A DNA stretch of 64,000 nt from an uncultured Gammaproteobacteria bacterium (GCA_964452565.1 CAYVLY010000002.1:22661-86660); one strand, 5' to 3'; shown: positions 10,001 to 21,086, counted from the stretch's first letter. The notes: generated by a model from the letters alone, not told the origin. Translations and numbers: made by a program.

Positions 10001-10576
10001 AAGATCATTCACTTCTACCTGACGTGGAAAGTCTGGATGATGAATGAGCTCAAGGTAGAAGTTTTCCTTACCAAAGATCTTTTGGTGCGTCTTGATAAGC
10101 TCCTCAGCCTTTTTCTGGTCGCCAAGCAAAAGAGCATCAGGCACCTCGCCTCGCACACCACCTGACAGCGCGATCAGACCTTCTGAATGCTCAGCAAGAA
10201 ACTCCTTATCAACTCGCGGCTTATAATAGAACCCGTCCAAAAAACCTGAAGTAGAGATCTTTAAAAGGTTCTTATATCCTGCCTCGCTATATGAGAGAAG
10301 CGTTAGGCGATAAGGCCTGTCGTCGATTCGTGCCCGCTTATCAGTCATCCGATTTTGTGCAACATAAATATCAAGCCCGATGATTGGCTTGATATCTTCT
10401 GCTTTGCAGGCCTTAAAAAACTCAACAGCGCCATACATGGCACCATTGTCAGTAAGTGCCAAAGCCTTTACCCCCTGCTCTTTTGCACGCGCAACAAGCG
10501 CCTTTGGGCTTGGAAGAGCCTCAAGAAGCGAATAGTGCGAATGTACGTGTAGATGAACAAAATCTTCTGGCATCAT
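7067..10576 (-). CDS. dnaE: DNA polymerase III alpha subunit
   Basis: FVHLHVHSHYSLL (PHP domain), GRGSAAGS, PDVDLDF, YGFNKSHA. Confidence 0.98.
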   Translation of the reverse strand: MMPEDFVHLHVHSHYSLLEALPSPKALVARAKEQGVKALALTDNGAMYGAVEFFKACKAEDIKPIIGLDIYVAQNRMTDKRARIDDRPYRLTLLSYSEAGYKNLLKISTSGFLDGFYYKPRVDKEFLAEHSEGLIALSGGVRGEVPDALLLGDQKKAEELIKTHQKIFGKENFYLELIHHPDFPRQVEVNDLIKAIAERTKTQMVATKNIFYLDPDDREGYEAQMCIMRGRTLEDFRRTSTEDVDLSMINPAEIIEYFKDVPEALENTKRIADRVDFEMDLGNNYLPIFPMPEGKSDEDYLHELAWEGLRKRYDEITPEIKERFEYEFGVIKDMGFASYFIIVQDFVNWAKDRGILVGPGRGSAAGSIISYALKITDLDPLEYGLLFERFLNPDRISIPDVDLDFADARRGEVLDYVKQKYGEDKVAGIITFGTMMPRLAVRDMARVLGLTFDEADLIAKCVPEPVQGRHTPLRVAEVEHAELRELLRSNPMARRVINLAKKVEGNPRHTSQHACGIVIGDLPLVDRVPIQEGQKEDMAYVSQYSLNSAEAAGLVKMDFLGLSNLTIIQDALEIIEAVHHVNIDIENVPLDDKKTFQLLGRGETTGVFQLESDGMKRYIRDLRPSQFEDIIAMVSLYRPGPMQFIDSFIRRKHGKEEITYEHNLMENAFRETYGIPVYQEQVMQVSKDMAGFTGGKADTLRKAMGKKIVELMAKMRIEFIDGAVEKGVKKEIAEQVFQKLEDFAAYGFNKSHAACYAMIAYRTAYLKAHYPPEFMAAVMNSDINSIDRITIEVEECKRMGIDVLAPDVNESYPGFAVVPESGNIRWGLAAIKNFGYEIGKAIQRERKENGPYEDLADFVSRVPSKYFNKKALESLIKAGALDRFADRGQLAANMDQLLLLNKQAQKDKEQNQVSMFDFAPDVAEHKITLRPSPELSKEQILDWERELLGIYISDHPAKIIKEKVGDLVTMTNQIAEKEKDTIVKMAGVIVGIRKILTKKRQEPMAFARFEDANGPTDIVVFPRLYRTVSSWLEEGKMVLVEGKVSIRIWDEREEYSVLADKISAFTEKDFDEVVEHLKQGSMWEEDNKGSEVVEGIDDEGVYITVPESPDHNIIVELRSLLKDHPGRERVYLLVESGDQVKKVSTEYSVTKDRHLLEGVAEIVGQGNVR

Positions 10577-10658
10577 AACGCCTTGAATCTTATCAAAAAT
10601 GAGCCTCTAGAGCCAGGAAACAAAAACCCCAGCCTGAGCTGGGATTTTGATCTTACTC

Positions 10659-10949
10659 TTAGGCTGCCTTCTCATCTACTCCGAACTTCTCGGCATATCC
10701 AGCAACATTGCTTTCAACTGTTCCAAGATCAGTCTTACCCATCTTCATGATACTCTCACCCTTTGGATCAAAGAGCTCGAATGATTCAATAGATCCATCA
10801 AATCCCACTTCAATAAGACCATCTACTCCATTTTTTGAAAGCTTATACTTGCCAGCTTCCATTCCGTATTCCATCCCATGTTCATCTGATATTTTTCGAA
10901 GCTCTTCGGATGTCATCTCTATTGGGGGCATCCCCTCTCGTTCTCTCAT
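10659..10949 (-). CDS. Hypothetical protein
   Basis: ATG start, co-oriented, followed by hairpin ~10622-10648. Confidence 0.55.
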   Translation of the reverse strand: MREREGMPPIEMTSEELRKISDEHGMEYGMEAGKYKLSKNGVDGLIEVGFDGSIESFELFDPKGESIMKMGKTDLGTVESNVAGYAEKFGVDEKAA

Positions 10950-10959
10950 AAAATAATTG

Positions 10960-11220
10960 TTATTTTTTAGGCTTTTTTGAAACGTAAGATTTAATGTGGT
11001 CCGTCAGCTTTGCCAGATGTCCGCTGCCGGTTTCGAACTTGGATTTCATTCCATTCAACGCCTGTTCGATCTTCTCAACTTGCCACTTAAGCTCAGACAC
11101 CAAATCATTAATATGTTTTAGTACCACAGCAAGCTGATAGATAAACCAGCAGATGAATGCTGTGATCCATAACGCACAAAATGCGATTACTATATAAAGA
11201 ATATCAATTGTATCAAGCAT
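10960..11220 (-). CDS. Small TM plus coiled-coil protein (DUF948-like)
   Basis: N-terminal TM followed by amphipathic helix. Confidence 0.7.
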   Translation of the reverse strand: MLDTIDILYIVIAFCALWITAFICWFIYQLAVVLKHINDLVSELKWQVEKIEQALNGMKSKFETGSGHLAKLTDHIKSYVSKKPKK

Positions 11221-11243
11221 AGGGGGTTTTGGTTATAAGTTGA

Positions 11244-13631
11244 TTATCTCACTTTGGCCTCGAATTGATCAACTAGTACTCTTGAGATCTTTTCTACTAC
11301 AGCATCAGCGTCTTCTGATGAAAGAGTCTTCTCATCTGATCGAATCGTTAATGAGAGTGTTAGGCTCTTCCTACCCACTTCGATCTTTTCACCTTGATAA
11401 ACCTCCTTTAGACCAACATCGTGAAGTAATTTGTCCATGTCGACTAGCTTTGATCGAATCTTATCGAATTCGAGCCTCTGATCAACTTCGATAGCCACAT
11501 CACGAACAACAGCTGGAAACTCTGGGATTGGCTCATAGCAACGTTTAATTATCATGTCTGGTGCTAGAGCTTCGAAATCGATGTCTGCAAGTACAACTGG
11601 TCGCTCAATACCAAATGCTTGTCTATATTGATCTGCTACTTGTCCTATAGTTCCGATGCGCTTATTTTGATACATGATTGCTGCTGAGCGTGTTGGATGC
11701 CAATATACGTCATCCTTGATACGCTCTATCGATAGATCTAGCCCTACAGATTCTGCCCAAAGCTCCAGCATACCCTTTTGCTCCAAGAAACTCTGATTAA
11801 CGTCCCTTACTCCAAACTCACCAAACACCAGTCGTGTCTCTTCTTTTGGCAGATCACCTTCCTGTTTTAGATAAACGCACTGGAGCTCGAAAACACATCC
11901 ACCTGGAGTTTCACCTTGGTTCATCTCTATATCCTTAAGAACTGACGGCGTGAGCGAAGTTCTCATGTGCGTGAGCTCTGATGAAAGTGGGTTATGTAGG
12001 ATTACCGCACTCGCTGGATCAAGATCATATCGCTCTAAATCGTTAGCTGAGACAAATGAGTATCCAAAGAACTCAGTATAGCCATGGGAGCTGAACAACT
12101 TTTTTGTTCGATCTTCCCATGCCAATTCTGGATCCTCATAAACAGTTGGTGGCTCTTGGTTTGGAAGAGTGATTGGGATGTTGTGATAGCCATAAACGCG
12201 TGCAATCTCCTCTGTAAAATCTATCTCAGCCTCAATGTCATGATCACGCCAGAATGGAACAGTCACATTATACTCACCATCAACTCCGGCGACCTCGCAC
12301 CCAAGACGTTTGAGAATATCAATCATTTCCTCATCTGAAAGATCAACGCCCATGATGTCTCGTGTCTTTTGTGACCGCCATGGAAACTGCAAAGGCTTGT
12401 AATCTTCTGATTGGACATCGTAGACTGGGCTCGCAACCGATCCGCCTGCAACTTCAAGCGTCAGTTCGACCGCGTGCTTGAGCGCCACCTCTGGTGACTG
12501 TACTGAAAGCCCTTTTTCGAAAAGTAACTGAGAGTCAGAGTAAAGACTTAATGCACGCGAAGTTCTTCGTACTGATACTGGATCAAATGTCGCTGCTTCA
12601 AATACGATCGTGGTTGTTCTGTCTTGAGTCCCAGTAGGCTCACCCCCCATCACCCCAGCAACAGCTACTGGCTTTGATGCGTCTGCAATAACAAGCTGGT
12701 GATCCTTTAGTTTATAGGTATTTTCGTCTAATGCCTCCATCTCTTCACCCTCTCGTGCCTTACGAACAACAATGGTATTACCATCTAACTTTTCATAATC
12801 AAATGCATGTAACGGCTGTCCGTATTCATGCAAAATGTAATTTGTAATGTCTACGATATTATTGATCGGTCTATGACCAGACAAAAGTATCTTGTTCTGC
12901 AACCAAAGCGGAGATGGACCAACTTTAACATCTTCGATCACTACTGCCATGTATCGTGGGCATAAATCAGGATCATCAACCTTTACAGCAAGCTCCTTGC
13001 CAGAGCCTTCTTGGATCCCAGCGGGCTCTTTGAATCTGAACTCGCCATCTGCCACAACTCCTCCCTCTCGAGCCAGTCCGACGATACTCATTGAATCAAC
13101 TCGATTTGAAGTTACCTCTATATCGAAGATCACATCGTCCAAGTCCATTGCTTCGACAAATGGGGTGCCAGCTGGTGCCTCGGTCAGATCAGACAGATCC
13201 CAGATACCTCCAGTTGGACACGGGGCCTTTTCAAATCCCAGCTCATCTGGAGCGCAGATCATTCCATGGCTTTCAACACCTCGAACTTTGGTAGCCTTCA
13301 GCTCAACCCAATCTCCTTCTCCATGCCAGAGAACTTTTGAACCAGGAAGCGCCACAACAACCCTCATGCCTGAACACAAATTTTGTCCACCACAAACAAT
13401 CTCAACTTGCTGATCACCAACATCTGTTACGGCTATCTTGAGCTTGTCAGCATCAAGATGATCCTTTAGCTCTTTTACTTCACCGATGACCATATTCTCA
13501 AATCGATCCTTAAGATATTCAATGGATTCAACAGACATGGATTTCAAACTCATCTCCTTGGCAAACTCCTCAGGAGTCGCGTCAATCTGTAGATACTCCT
13601 TAATCCAATTGTAACTTGCTAATATATTCAT
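11244..13631 (-). CDS. pheT: Phenylalanine--tRNA ligase beta subunit
   Basis: RGVESHGMIC, NNIVDITNY, GQPLHAFD, C-terminal FDX-ACB domain. Confidence 0.97.
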   Translation of the reverse strand: MNILASYNWIKEYLQIDATPEEFAKEMSLKSMSVESIEYLKDRFENMVIGEVKELKDHLDADKLKIAVTDVGDQQVEIVCGGQNLCSGMRVVVALPGSKVLWHGEGDWVELKATKVRGVESHGMICAPDELGFEKAPCPTGGIWDLSDLTEAPAGTPFVEAMDLDDVIFDIEVTSNRVDSMSIVGLAREGGVVADGEFRFKEPAGIQEGSGKELAVKVDDPDLCPRYMAVVIEDVKVGPSPLWLQNKILLSGHRPINNIVDITNYILHEYGQPLHAFDYEKLDGNTIVVRKAREGEEMEALDENTYKLKDHQLVIADASKPVAVAGVMGGEPTGTQDRTTTIVFEAATFDPVSVRRTSRALSLYSDSQLLFEKGLSVQSPEVALKHAVELTLEVAGGSVASPVYDVQSEDYKPLQFPWRSQKTRDIMGVDLSDEEMIDILKRLGCEVAGVDGEYNVTVPFWRDHDIEAEIDFTEEIARVYGYHNIPITLPNQEPPTVYEDPELAWEDRTKKLFSSHGYTEFFGYSFVSANDLERYDLDPASAVILHNPLSSELTHMRTSLTPSVLKDIEMNQGETPGGCVFELQCVYLKQEGDLPKEETRLVFGEFGVRDVNQSFLEQKGMLELWAESVGLDLSIERIKDDVYWHPTRSAAIMYQNKRIGTIGQVADQYRQAFGIERPVVLADIDFEALAPDMIIKRCYEPIPEFPAVVRDVAIEVDQRLEFDKIRSKLVDMDKLLHDVGLKEVYQGEKIEVGRKSLTLSLTIRSDEKTLSSEDADAVVEKISRVLVDQFEAKVR

Positions 13632-13632
13632 A

Positions 13633-14700
13633 TTAGAACTGCTTCAAGAATCTAAGATCATTTTTATACAAAACACGAATGTCATCGATATTCATCCCGG
13701 ATTTCATCATCATGGTTCGCTCAACACCCCAACCAAAGGCAAAACCATTGTATTCATCTGAATCCAGGCCGCCTGCCTTAATCACGTTTGGATGCACCAT
13801 TCCAGCGCCTCCAAGCTCAAGCCAACCTTCTTTACACATCCGGCATCGCTTGCCATCACGCTTACCGGAACCACCACACATATTACAACTTATATCGAGT
13901 TCGAAACTTGGCTCAGTAAAACGGAAGTGATGTGGACGCAATCGAACTTCCCGCTCTGGACCAAAGAAACGCTTTACAAAAAAATCAAACACACCCTTGA
14001 GCTGCGCAACTGTGACTTTCTTGTCGATCATTAGTCCTTCAAACTGATAAAACATTGGTACATGCGTAACATCCGCCTGCCTTCGATAACACTTATTTAT
14101 ATTCATCATCCTGATAGGCATGTATCCCTTTTCCATCTCTCTAACCTGTCCATTGCTTGTGTGAGGAGTTAGAACGACTTTACCCTTCTCGCCAGTCATG
14201 ACCTTGTCGCCATCTGCAATAAAGAACGTTTCCCATTCATCACGTGCAGCATGATTCTTTGGCATGTTGAGTGACTCAAATGCGTAGTAGTCCCAATCAA
14301 CCTCAGGATGACGCACACGTACAAAGCCAAGCTGCTTAAAGATATCAACCACTTCATCAATAGCCTGTGTTGTTATATGAAGATGTCCACCTTCAGGCGA
14401 AGCACCTGGGGCAGTAACGTCAATCCACTCATCTTGCGCTTTAGAACCTGCAAGTTCGTGCGAAAGCTCTGTTTTCTTACGCTCAAAAGCGGCTTCAAGC
14501 TCAGTTTTCATCTGATTTGCAAAAGATCCGACCTCTTTTTTCTCGTCTGCAGAAAGATCTTTAAGACCTTTCAAAAGATCTCCAAGCTTCCCCTTTCGAC
14601 CCAAGTACTCGACACGAAGCCCCTCAAGACTTTGGTCATCTGTGATCGTATCAAGGGCCGTAAGAAATTCGGTCTTTAATTGCTCTAACTTTGGTTTCAT
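13633..14700 (-). CDS. pheS: Phenylalanine--tRNA ligase alpha subunit
   Basis: HTSNGQ, FRFTEPS, CxxC..CxxC insert, GFAFGWGVER. Confidence 0.97.
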   Translation of the reverse strand: MKPKLEQLKTEFLTALDTITDDQSLEGLRVEYLGRKGKLGDLLKGLKDLSADEKKEVGSFANQMKTELEAAFERKKTELSHELAGSKAQDEWIDVTAPGASPEGGHLHITTQAIDEVVDIFKQLGFVRVRHPEVDWDYYAFESLNMPKNHAARDEWETFFIADGDKVMTGEKGKVVLTPHTSNGQVREMEKGYMPIRMMNINKCYRRQADVTHVPMFYQFEGLMIDKKVTVAQLKGVFDFFVKRFFGPEREVRLRPHHFRFTEPSFELDISCNMCGGSGKRDGKRCRMCKEGWLELGGAGMVHPNVIKAGGLDSDEYNGFAFGWGVERTMMMKSGMNIDDIRVLYKNDLRFLKQF

Positions 14701-14721
14701 ATGTATCTAATTCTGGATGTT

Positions 14722-15810
14722 TTACTTAAATAATCCTAGCACGTCCTTATACGTTATGAAAAGTATCAGTAGCATCAAAAGCAAAAACCCAATGTTATGT
14801 ACAGCTGCCTCAATCCTGGAGTTAACCGGCCTTCTAATAATGCTTTCGATGATCAAAAATAGTATTCTTCCTCCATCGAGCGCTGGAACTGGCAATATAT
14901 TCAAAATCGCAAGGTTGATTGAAAGTATCGCCCCGAACTGCAAGATATATACAAAGCCAAGCTGTGCAGCCTCTCCAGTCATAACAGCAATTCCTACTGG
15001 CCCTGACACTTCTATTCCAAGTCCATTGCCAGAAATTAGGCTCTTTGCCATACCATAGAACCCAGCGCAAATCTGTTTTGTATACCACACAGTTGTTTCA
15101 ACTCCATGCCACGGCAAGCTATACCATGGATAGTGAACAATTCCTGTTTCATAGATCGCGACTCCAAGTCCAATATCATCGATCTCCTCAACGTATGACG
15201 GCACCGCAGTAATTCCGATGACCTCACCAGTTCGATAAATCTCAAACTCGACAATAGAATCAGCATCAAGTTCCATTAGATACGCACGTAGGTCATCACC
15301 AGATTCAAAAACCTGGCCATTAATCGAAATAATCGAATCCCCCATCTGCAGCCCTGCAGTGTCTGCTGGAGAATCAGGCAAGAGCTGTGTTACTTGCAAA
15401 GATCGATCCTCAATTGTTGCAGAGCCCTCATAGCCCTCTACAATCGCCGCTGTTCCCATGCCAAGTGCGATAGAGAAAAATACAGCAGCCGCAACCATGT
15501 TCATTAGCACTCCAGCAACAAGTACAGTAAACCTCTGCCAGATCGGGCGTTTGCAAAAGCTATCTTCTGTTCCAACGCAATCTTCGCCATTCTCACCTTC
15601 GAGTTTTACAAAGCCACCGATTGGTATCAGATTGAATGACCAGCGGACACCAGTTTTCTTCGAAGTCCACGAAAAAAGCTTTGGAGGATATCCCAGTCCA
15701 AACTCCTCCACCTTCATCTTCAATCTGCGTGCAGTAAAATAATGCCCCCATTCATGGGCAAGTACCAAAACAGAAAGAAGGATTAAAAAAAGAATCACTG
15801 TCCAAATCAT
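14722..15810 (-). CDS. rseP: Site-2 protease RseP (M50 with PDZ domain)
   Basis: HEWGH, PIGGFVKL, NILPVPALDGG. Confidence 0.93.
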   Translation of the reverse strand: MIWTVILFLILLSVLVLAHEWGHYFTARRLKMKVEEFGLGYPPKLFSWTSKKTGVRWSFNLIPIGGFVKLEGENGEDCVGTEDSFCKRPIWQRFTVLVAGVLMNMVAAAVFFSIALGMGTAAIVEGYEGSATIEDRSLQVTQLLPDSPADTAGLQMGDSIISINGQVFESGDDLRAYLMELDADSIVEFEIYRTGEVIGITAVPSYVEEIDDIGLGVAIYETGIVHYPWYSLPWHGVETTVWYTKQICAGFYGMAKSLISGNGLGIEVSGPVGIAVMTGEAAQLGFVYILQFGAILSINLAILNILPVPALDGGRILFLIIESIIRRPVNSRIEAAVHNIGFLLLMLLILFITYKDVLGLFK

Positions 15811-15831
15811 AGTGACTACATTCTATCGTTT

Positions 15832-16638
15832 TTATAAGCTAACATCAACATGCTCAAATCTTACCTGCAAGCCCATCAACTGCTGTGAAAGCTCTGTTGC
15901 ATGCTTTGCATCTCCAGTTGTGCAGTATCTAATATTCTGATGGGTGCTGATCTTCTGTGCATACTCTGGATGACGATGAAGATAATCTTGCAATGACAAC
16001 GCTACGATCTCACCCTGGGCTACAACTTGAATCTCTTTTGGCACAACGGATCGAACAGCTTTGAAAAGTACTGGGTAATGCGTACATGCTAGAACGATTA
16101 CTTCGACCCCTGGCAATGTCTTTAACGCCTGCTCAACATCGACTTTGACCTGATCCAATTGTTCATCCGTCACCTTTCCAGATTCGATCAAAGGTACCCA
16201 TGATGGAAATGAGTGGCAAGATAGCTCAAGCTTTGGGTCAGTCTTTCTAAGCTCAACTTCGTATGCCCTTGATCTACAAGTAGCTTCAGTTGCAAAAAGC
16301 GCAGCCTTTTTAAATCCCTGTTCCAACATCCACTCATCTGTTGGTCGGATAACCCCTAAAACATTTCGGCCAGGATACTCGCTTAACTTTTCTTGTTGGA
16401 TCCTACGAAGTGCACGCGCCGAGGCTGAGTTGCAGGCTAAGATCACAATCACGCACCCTTGATCAAACATCCACTTCACTGCGTTCCATGTTGACTCAAA
16501 AATCTCATCATGTGACTTCTCACCATAAGGCACATTCTTATGGTCACCTAAATAAAAGATATCAATCTCTCCAAATCGCCTTCGAACCGATTGCAGCACT
16601 GTAAGACCCCCAATCCCTGAATCAAAAATTCCTAACAT
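15832..16638 (-). CDS. murI: Glutamate racemase
   Basis: GIFDSGIGGLTV, LACNSA, LACTHYP; start placed at MLGIFDSG. Confidence 0.93.
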   Translation of the reverse strand: MLGIFDSGIGGLTVLQSVRRRFGEIDIFYLGDHKNVPYGEKSHDEIFESTWNAVKWMFDQGCVIVILACNSASARALRRIQQEKLSEYPGRNVLGVIRPTDEWMLEQGFKKAALFATEATCRSRAYEVELRKTDPKLELSCHSFPSWVPLIESGKVTDEQLDQVKVDVEQALKTLPGVEVIVLACTHYPVLFKAVRSVVPKEIQVVAQGEIVALSLQDYLHRHPEYAQKISTHQNIRYCTTGDAKHATELSQQLMGLQVRFEHVDVSL

Positions 16639-16737
16639 AAGATATTTATCAAACTCATTGACTTTTACCATCAAAATTATAGAATATAGAAGTAATGCCA
16701 ACCTATATTACCTTATTCTTTTTTAAGATTCAAAACT

Positions 16738-17289
16738 ATGATTGCTCTATATATAATTATCGGTGTTGTCGTGGTGGTCGTTCTATGGCTTATTGTAGTC
16801 TTTAACGGTCTGATTCGCCTACGAAACCGCACTGATGAAGCATGGTCAGACATCGAGGTGCAACTAAAGCGACGATACGATCTGATCCCAAACTTGGTAA
16901 ACACCGTAAAGGGGTATGCGAAGCATGAGGACAAAGTCTTCAAGCAAGTAACTGAGGCTCGATCAAATGCAATGCAAGCTAAAACACCTGCCGAGCATGC
17001 AAAGGCTGAGAACATGCTAACTGAGACCCTTAAATCTTTATTCGCTGTTTCTGAGAACTATCCAGATCTTAAGGCTTCAGGAAACTTCCTACACCTACAG
17101 CAGGAGCTAGTTGACGCTGAGGACAAAATTCAGGCAGCTCGACGATTTTACAATGGAAATGTTCGAGACTTCAATACAAAGATGCAAGTATTCCCTACAA
17201 ATATGATTGCTGGAATCCTTGGATTTAAAAAGTACGAATTCTTTGATGCTCCTGATGAGGTCAATGCCGCTCCAGAGGTCAAATTCTAA
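16738..17289 (+). CDS. lemA: LemA family protein
   Basis: QLKRRYDLIPNLV, ENYPDLKA, ARRFYN. Confidence 0.95.
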   Translation: MIALYIIIGVVVVVVLWLIVVFNGLIRLRNRTDEAWSDIEVQLKRRYDLIPNLVNTVKGYAKHEDKVFKQVTEARSNAMQAKTPAEHAKAENMLTETLKSLFAVSENYPDLKASGNFLHLQQELVDAEDKIQAARRFYNGNVRDFNTKMQVFPTNMIAGILGFKKYEFFDAPDEVNAAPEVKF

Positions 17290-17364
17290 TTTCGAAACGA
17301 AATGAAAGACGGGCTAACTCGGGAGATCGGGTTAGTCTTGTTACTTTGATGGTAAAACTGAATT

Positions 17365-18252
17365 ATGTACAAAGAAATAACCTCCAATAAACGCAGAACT
17401 TGGATTCTAGTTTCGCTGTTTTCGATAATCGTCATGGGACTCTTTTTGGCGCTAGCTTATGGCTCGGGGTTTGATCCATATGCAGCTGTTGCTTTTGGAC
17501 TTGTGTTTTCGATCTTCTACTCATTGATTAGCTTCTACCTGGCTGACAAGGCTGTGCTCTTAACGCATGGCGCAAAACAAATTGATAAACAAAATGGAAA
17601 AGAGATCTATTTACTGGTTGAGAATCTCACCATTGCAAGTGGTATGCCAATGCCAAAGGTATATTTGATTAATGAGGATGTTCCAAATGCATTTGCCACA
17701 GGGCGCGATCCTGAGCATGCTTCGATTGTTTTTACTACTGGTATCTTGAGTAAACTAAATAAGTTGGAGCTCGAGGGTGTGATTGCTCATGAGCTTTCGC
17801 ACATTAAAAACTATGATATTCGATTGATGACCTTAATCGTTGTGCTTGTTGGGTTAATCGCTCTTATGGCTGACATTATGGTTCGAATTGGGCTTAGAGG
17901 TAATAACCGAAAAATGCCATGGCCTGTGATTGTTGGAGCCCTAATCCTTGCAGGACTTTCACCATTTATAGCTCAGGCCATAAAACTCGCAGTATCACGT
18001 ACCCGAGAGTATCTAGCAGATGCATCTGGCGCACTTATGACTAGACACCCAGACGCGCTTGCGTCAGCGCTTAAAAAGATAAGGGATCACGAGGGTAAGA
18101 TGAAACGGGCTAATCACGCAACAGCGCATCTATTCTTAACAAGTCCATTTGGCGAAAAGCGTGGCACAAAGCGAAAGTTCTTCGCCAATCTATTTGCAAC
18201 CCACCCACCAATTGATGATCGTATTGCTCGACTCACAAGCATGGGCCGATAA
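17365..18252 (+). CDS. htpX: Zinc metalloprotease HtpX (M48)
   Basis: PNAFATG, AHELSH, SRTREYLADA, THPP. Confidence 0.93.
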   Translation: MYKEITSNKRRTWILVSLFSIIVMGLFLALAYGSGFDPYAAVAFGLVFSIFYSLISFYLADKAVLLTHGAKQIDKQNGKEIYLLVENLTIASGMPMPKVYLINEDVPNAFATGRDPEHASIVFTTGILSKLNKLELEGVIAHELSHIKNYDIRLMTLIVVLVGLIALMADIMVRIGLRGNNRKMPWPVIVGALILAGLSPFIAQAIKLAVSRTREYLADASGALMTRHPDALASALKKIRDHEGKMKRANHATAHLFLTSPFGEKRGTKRKFFANLFATHPPIDDRIARLTSMGR

Positions 18253-18255
18253 TCT

Positions 18256-20493
18256 ATGCAAGAAATCACAGCAAAATTTACAAACCACTTAAAAGAAGCT
18301 TTAGCGAAGAGTTTGGCTTTTGTTGTTGAGTCTAAACAGAACACAGTAAATCCGATCCACCTCTTGTGGGCACTCGCCTTACAGCCAGATTCGGTTGCAG
18401 CCAAAATCTTACAAAATGCAGGTGTAACACGATCAAAGCTTGAGACCTACATCTCAAACCAACAGATGAAGCCACAAAAACCACTTTCGATTCCAAACTT
18501 GGCAGAGGATACAAAGATCATTATTGAAAAGGCGGTCATTACTGCCAACATGTACAATCACTCCTACATAAGTACTGAGCATTTATTGTCTGGTCTTTTG
18601 CAAGTGCAATCTGATGAAATAATGCGGTTCTTTGCTAATGAAAAAATCGATACAAGTGATGTGCAAACGCAGATCAAGCAGACATTGAACATGACGATCC
18701 AAATCCCAATGCAGCAGCCACAAGAAGAATTCATGATTGAACAGGAAGAACTAAGTGAATCCGAGCGTGCGCTGGAGTTCTTTGCTCAAGAGCTCACTCA
18801 TCCTGAATATCTTAAAGAACAAACTCCGGTAATCGGTCGTGACAAGGAGATCTATAGACTCTGCACAATTCTTGGTCGCAAGACAAAAAACAACCCTGTC
18901 TTGGTTGGCGATCCTGGTGTTGGAAAAAGTGCCATTGTCGAAGGTCTTGCTCAACGCATTGCAAAAGGTAAAATCAAAACTCTCAAGGGTCACACTGTCC
19001 ACTCACTGAATCTTGCTTCGCTCTTAGCTGGCACAATGTATCGTGGATCATTTGAGGCACGCATACAACAGTTGATCGATGAGCTCAAAGAAAACAACAG
19101 TGCTATCTTGTTCATAGATGAGATGCATACCATTGTTGGTTCTGGGGCGAATAGTGGTTCACTTGATGCTGCAAATATTCTCAAGCCGGCACTGGCACGC
19201 GGTGACATCCGGTGTATTGGAGCCACAACTTTTGAGGAGTACAAAAAATGGATTGAGTCTGATGGTGCACTTGAGCGTAGGTTTCAAAAGATACAAGTTG
19301 AGGAGCCAAGCAAAGAAGAAACTCGTACCATACTCAAAGGCATTAAAAAGTCCTATGGTGCCCATCACGATGTGAGCTATTCTGATTCAGTGCTTGATCT
19401 TATTCTCGAACTTTCTGATGTTCACTTCCCTGACAAATGTTTCCCAGACAAAGCCATTGATGTTATGGATGAAATTGGAGCATTTGCAACTCAAAAAACA
19501 AAACGGGTTAAAACGATCACACAGTCTCTTGTCATCGAAGCTATCTCACACATGACCGGGCTGCCAAAAGCAACACTTAAGCAACAGAAGACGCAAACCC
19601 TTCGCAACCTACCAAAACAACTTTCTGAAGCTATCATCGGTCAGGATAATGTAATTCGATCAGTCTCCCATACACTTCAAAGGGCGCACATTGGACTTTC
19701 TGATAAACACAAGCCACTTGCGAGCTTCTTATTCGTAGGGCCTTCTGGAGTTGGAAAAACTGAGCTTGCAAAGCAAATCGCAAAGCACTATTTCAAAGGA
19801 CCGCGGCCTTTGTTGCGCTTAGATATGTCTGAGTACAAGGAAAGTTTTAATGCGAGCAAGTTACTTGGATCCCCTGCTGGTTATGTTGGATATAAAGACA
19901 CAAACGTGCTTGCTGACCATATTCGCAACTACCCGCACAGCGTTATCTTGTTTGATGAGATCGAAAAGGCTCATCCTGACATTCACAATCTTTTACTTCA
20001 AATTCTTGAAGAAGGGTCTATTCGCGATGCAACTGGCCGTGAGCTAAGCTTTGCGCATTCGATTATTGCCCTAACAAGTAATGCCGGGCAAGAGCTGTTC
20101 ACTCGGGGTGCTGTTGGCTTTGGGTCTAATGATTCGATCCATGAAACTGAGGTTCGATCTAAACTCGAAGAGATCCTGCGACCCGAGCTTTTAAATCGAC
20201 TGGATTCGATCTGCGCTTTTGATGCACTCGGGATCAATACACTAAAGAAGATCGCAAAACAGCAGTTAGATCGGCTCTCTGAGAAGCTCGCTGATCGAAA
20301 TATTGAGTGCGCATTTGCACCGTCAACGATTAACACGATCATCAAAGGCGCATCAAAACAGCACAACGCCCGCGGAATTCATCAATTTATCGCGCAAAAT
20401 ATCGAATCCTTGATTGTCCAACAAATCCTAGACAATAAAAAGCAAAAAACTCTGAAAATTTCTCCAAGAGGATCAATTTTTGAAATTAACTAG
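18256..20493 (+). CDS. ATP-dependent Clp protease ATPase (ClpA/ClpC type, no M domain)
   Basis: Clp-N repeats; Walker A GDPGVGKS and GPSGVGKT; GSPAGYVGY; VGF ClpP-binding loop. Confidence 0.9.
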   Translation: MQEITAKFTNHLKEALAKSLAFVVESKQNTVNPIHLLWALALQPDSVAAKILQNAGVTRSKLETYISNQQMKPQKPLSIPNLAEDTKIIIEKAVITANMYNHSYISTEHLLSGLLQVQSDEIMRFFANEKIDTSDVQTQIKQTLNMTIQIPMQQPQEEFMIEQEELSESERALEFFAQELTHPEYLKEQTPVIGRDKEIYRLCTILGRKTKNNPVLVGDPGVGKSAIVEGLAQRIAKGKIKTLKGHTVHSLNLASLLAGTMYRGSFEARIQQLIDELKENNSAILFIDEMHTIVGSGANSGSLDAANILKPALARGDIRCIGATTFEEYKKWIESDGALERRFQKIQVEEPSKEETRTILKGIKKSYGAHHDVSYSDSVLDLILELSDVHFPDKCFPDKAIDVMDEIGAFATQKTKRVKTITQSLVIEAISHMTGLPKATLKQQKTQTLRNLPKQLSEAIIGQDNVIRSVSHTLQRAHIGLSDKHKPLASFLFVGPSGVGKTELAKQIAKHYFKGPRPLLRLDMSEYKESFNASKLLGSPAGYVGYKDTNVLADHIRNYPHSVILFDEIEKAHPDIHNLLLQILEEGSIRDATGRELSFAHSIIALTSNAGQELFTRGAVGFGSNDSIHETEVRSKLEEILRPELLNRLDSICAFDALGINTLKKIAKQQLDRLSEKLADRNIECAFAPSTINTIIKGASKQHNARGIHQFIAQNIESLIVQQILDNKKQKTLKISPRGSIFEIN

Positions 20494-20573
20494 TTTAAGA
20501 ATAAAAGACCTGAGCTATTGCTCAGGACGCGTTTGCCACCCAAGTGCCAATAGAGGGGTGGGCTTTTTGTAGT

Positions 20574-21086
20574 TCACTGATTGTTGATCTTCTGACGAAC
20601 CGCCTCCATGGCCGCATTGCTCAGGTAGGTATTGAGCTTGAGGCCCAGCTTGGCCAGCGCAACGCGGATCTCCCCCACATCCCCATGGGACACATCTGGG
20701 TACTTCATCAGATCGACTTCGCGTCTCAGGATGACCAGCTGCCAGGTGTGGGTGATCGAAGTGTGGGCTGAACGTGACTGGCATGCTGTCAATGCTTTGA
20801 GGACACGGGTTTGCAGACCCAGATCTCCGATCGGCTTGGCCAGGTTGGCGACGGTCTCGTTGTCGGGATCCACAATCTGTGTTCTCCCAAAACCCCCTAG
20901 GATCACCTGATACATATCCATGGCAACCTTGTCGCCTTCCCCCAGAAACACGATCGAGTGGACAGATCTCTCCAGCAGAGCAAGGGCAACTGGATCCTCA
21001 AGGTTGAGATGCACAGTGCCGCCGTGATTGCGCCCTGCTTCCGCAGTTGAAAAACGAATGTTGCCGAGCCTGGGTACAGACCCCAT
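20574..21086 (-). CDS. GC-rich orphan with RNA polymerase alpha-CTD-like C-terminal domain
   Basis: LAKPIGDLGLQTRVLKAL..DLMKYPDVSHGDVGEIRVALAKLGLKL resembles alpha-CTD; GGAGG SD before ATG 21086. Confidence 0.65.
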   Translation of the reverse strand: MGSVPRLGNIRFSTAEAGRNHGGTVHLNLEDPVALALLERSVHSIVFLGEGDKVAMDMYQVILGGFGRTQIVDPDNETVANLAKPIGDLGLQTRVLKALTACQSRSAHTSITHTWQLVILRREVDLMKYPDVSHGDVGEIRVALAKLGLKLNTYLSNAAMEAVRQKINNQ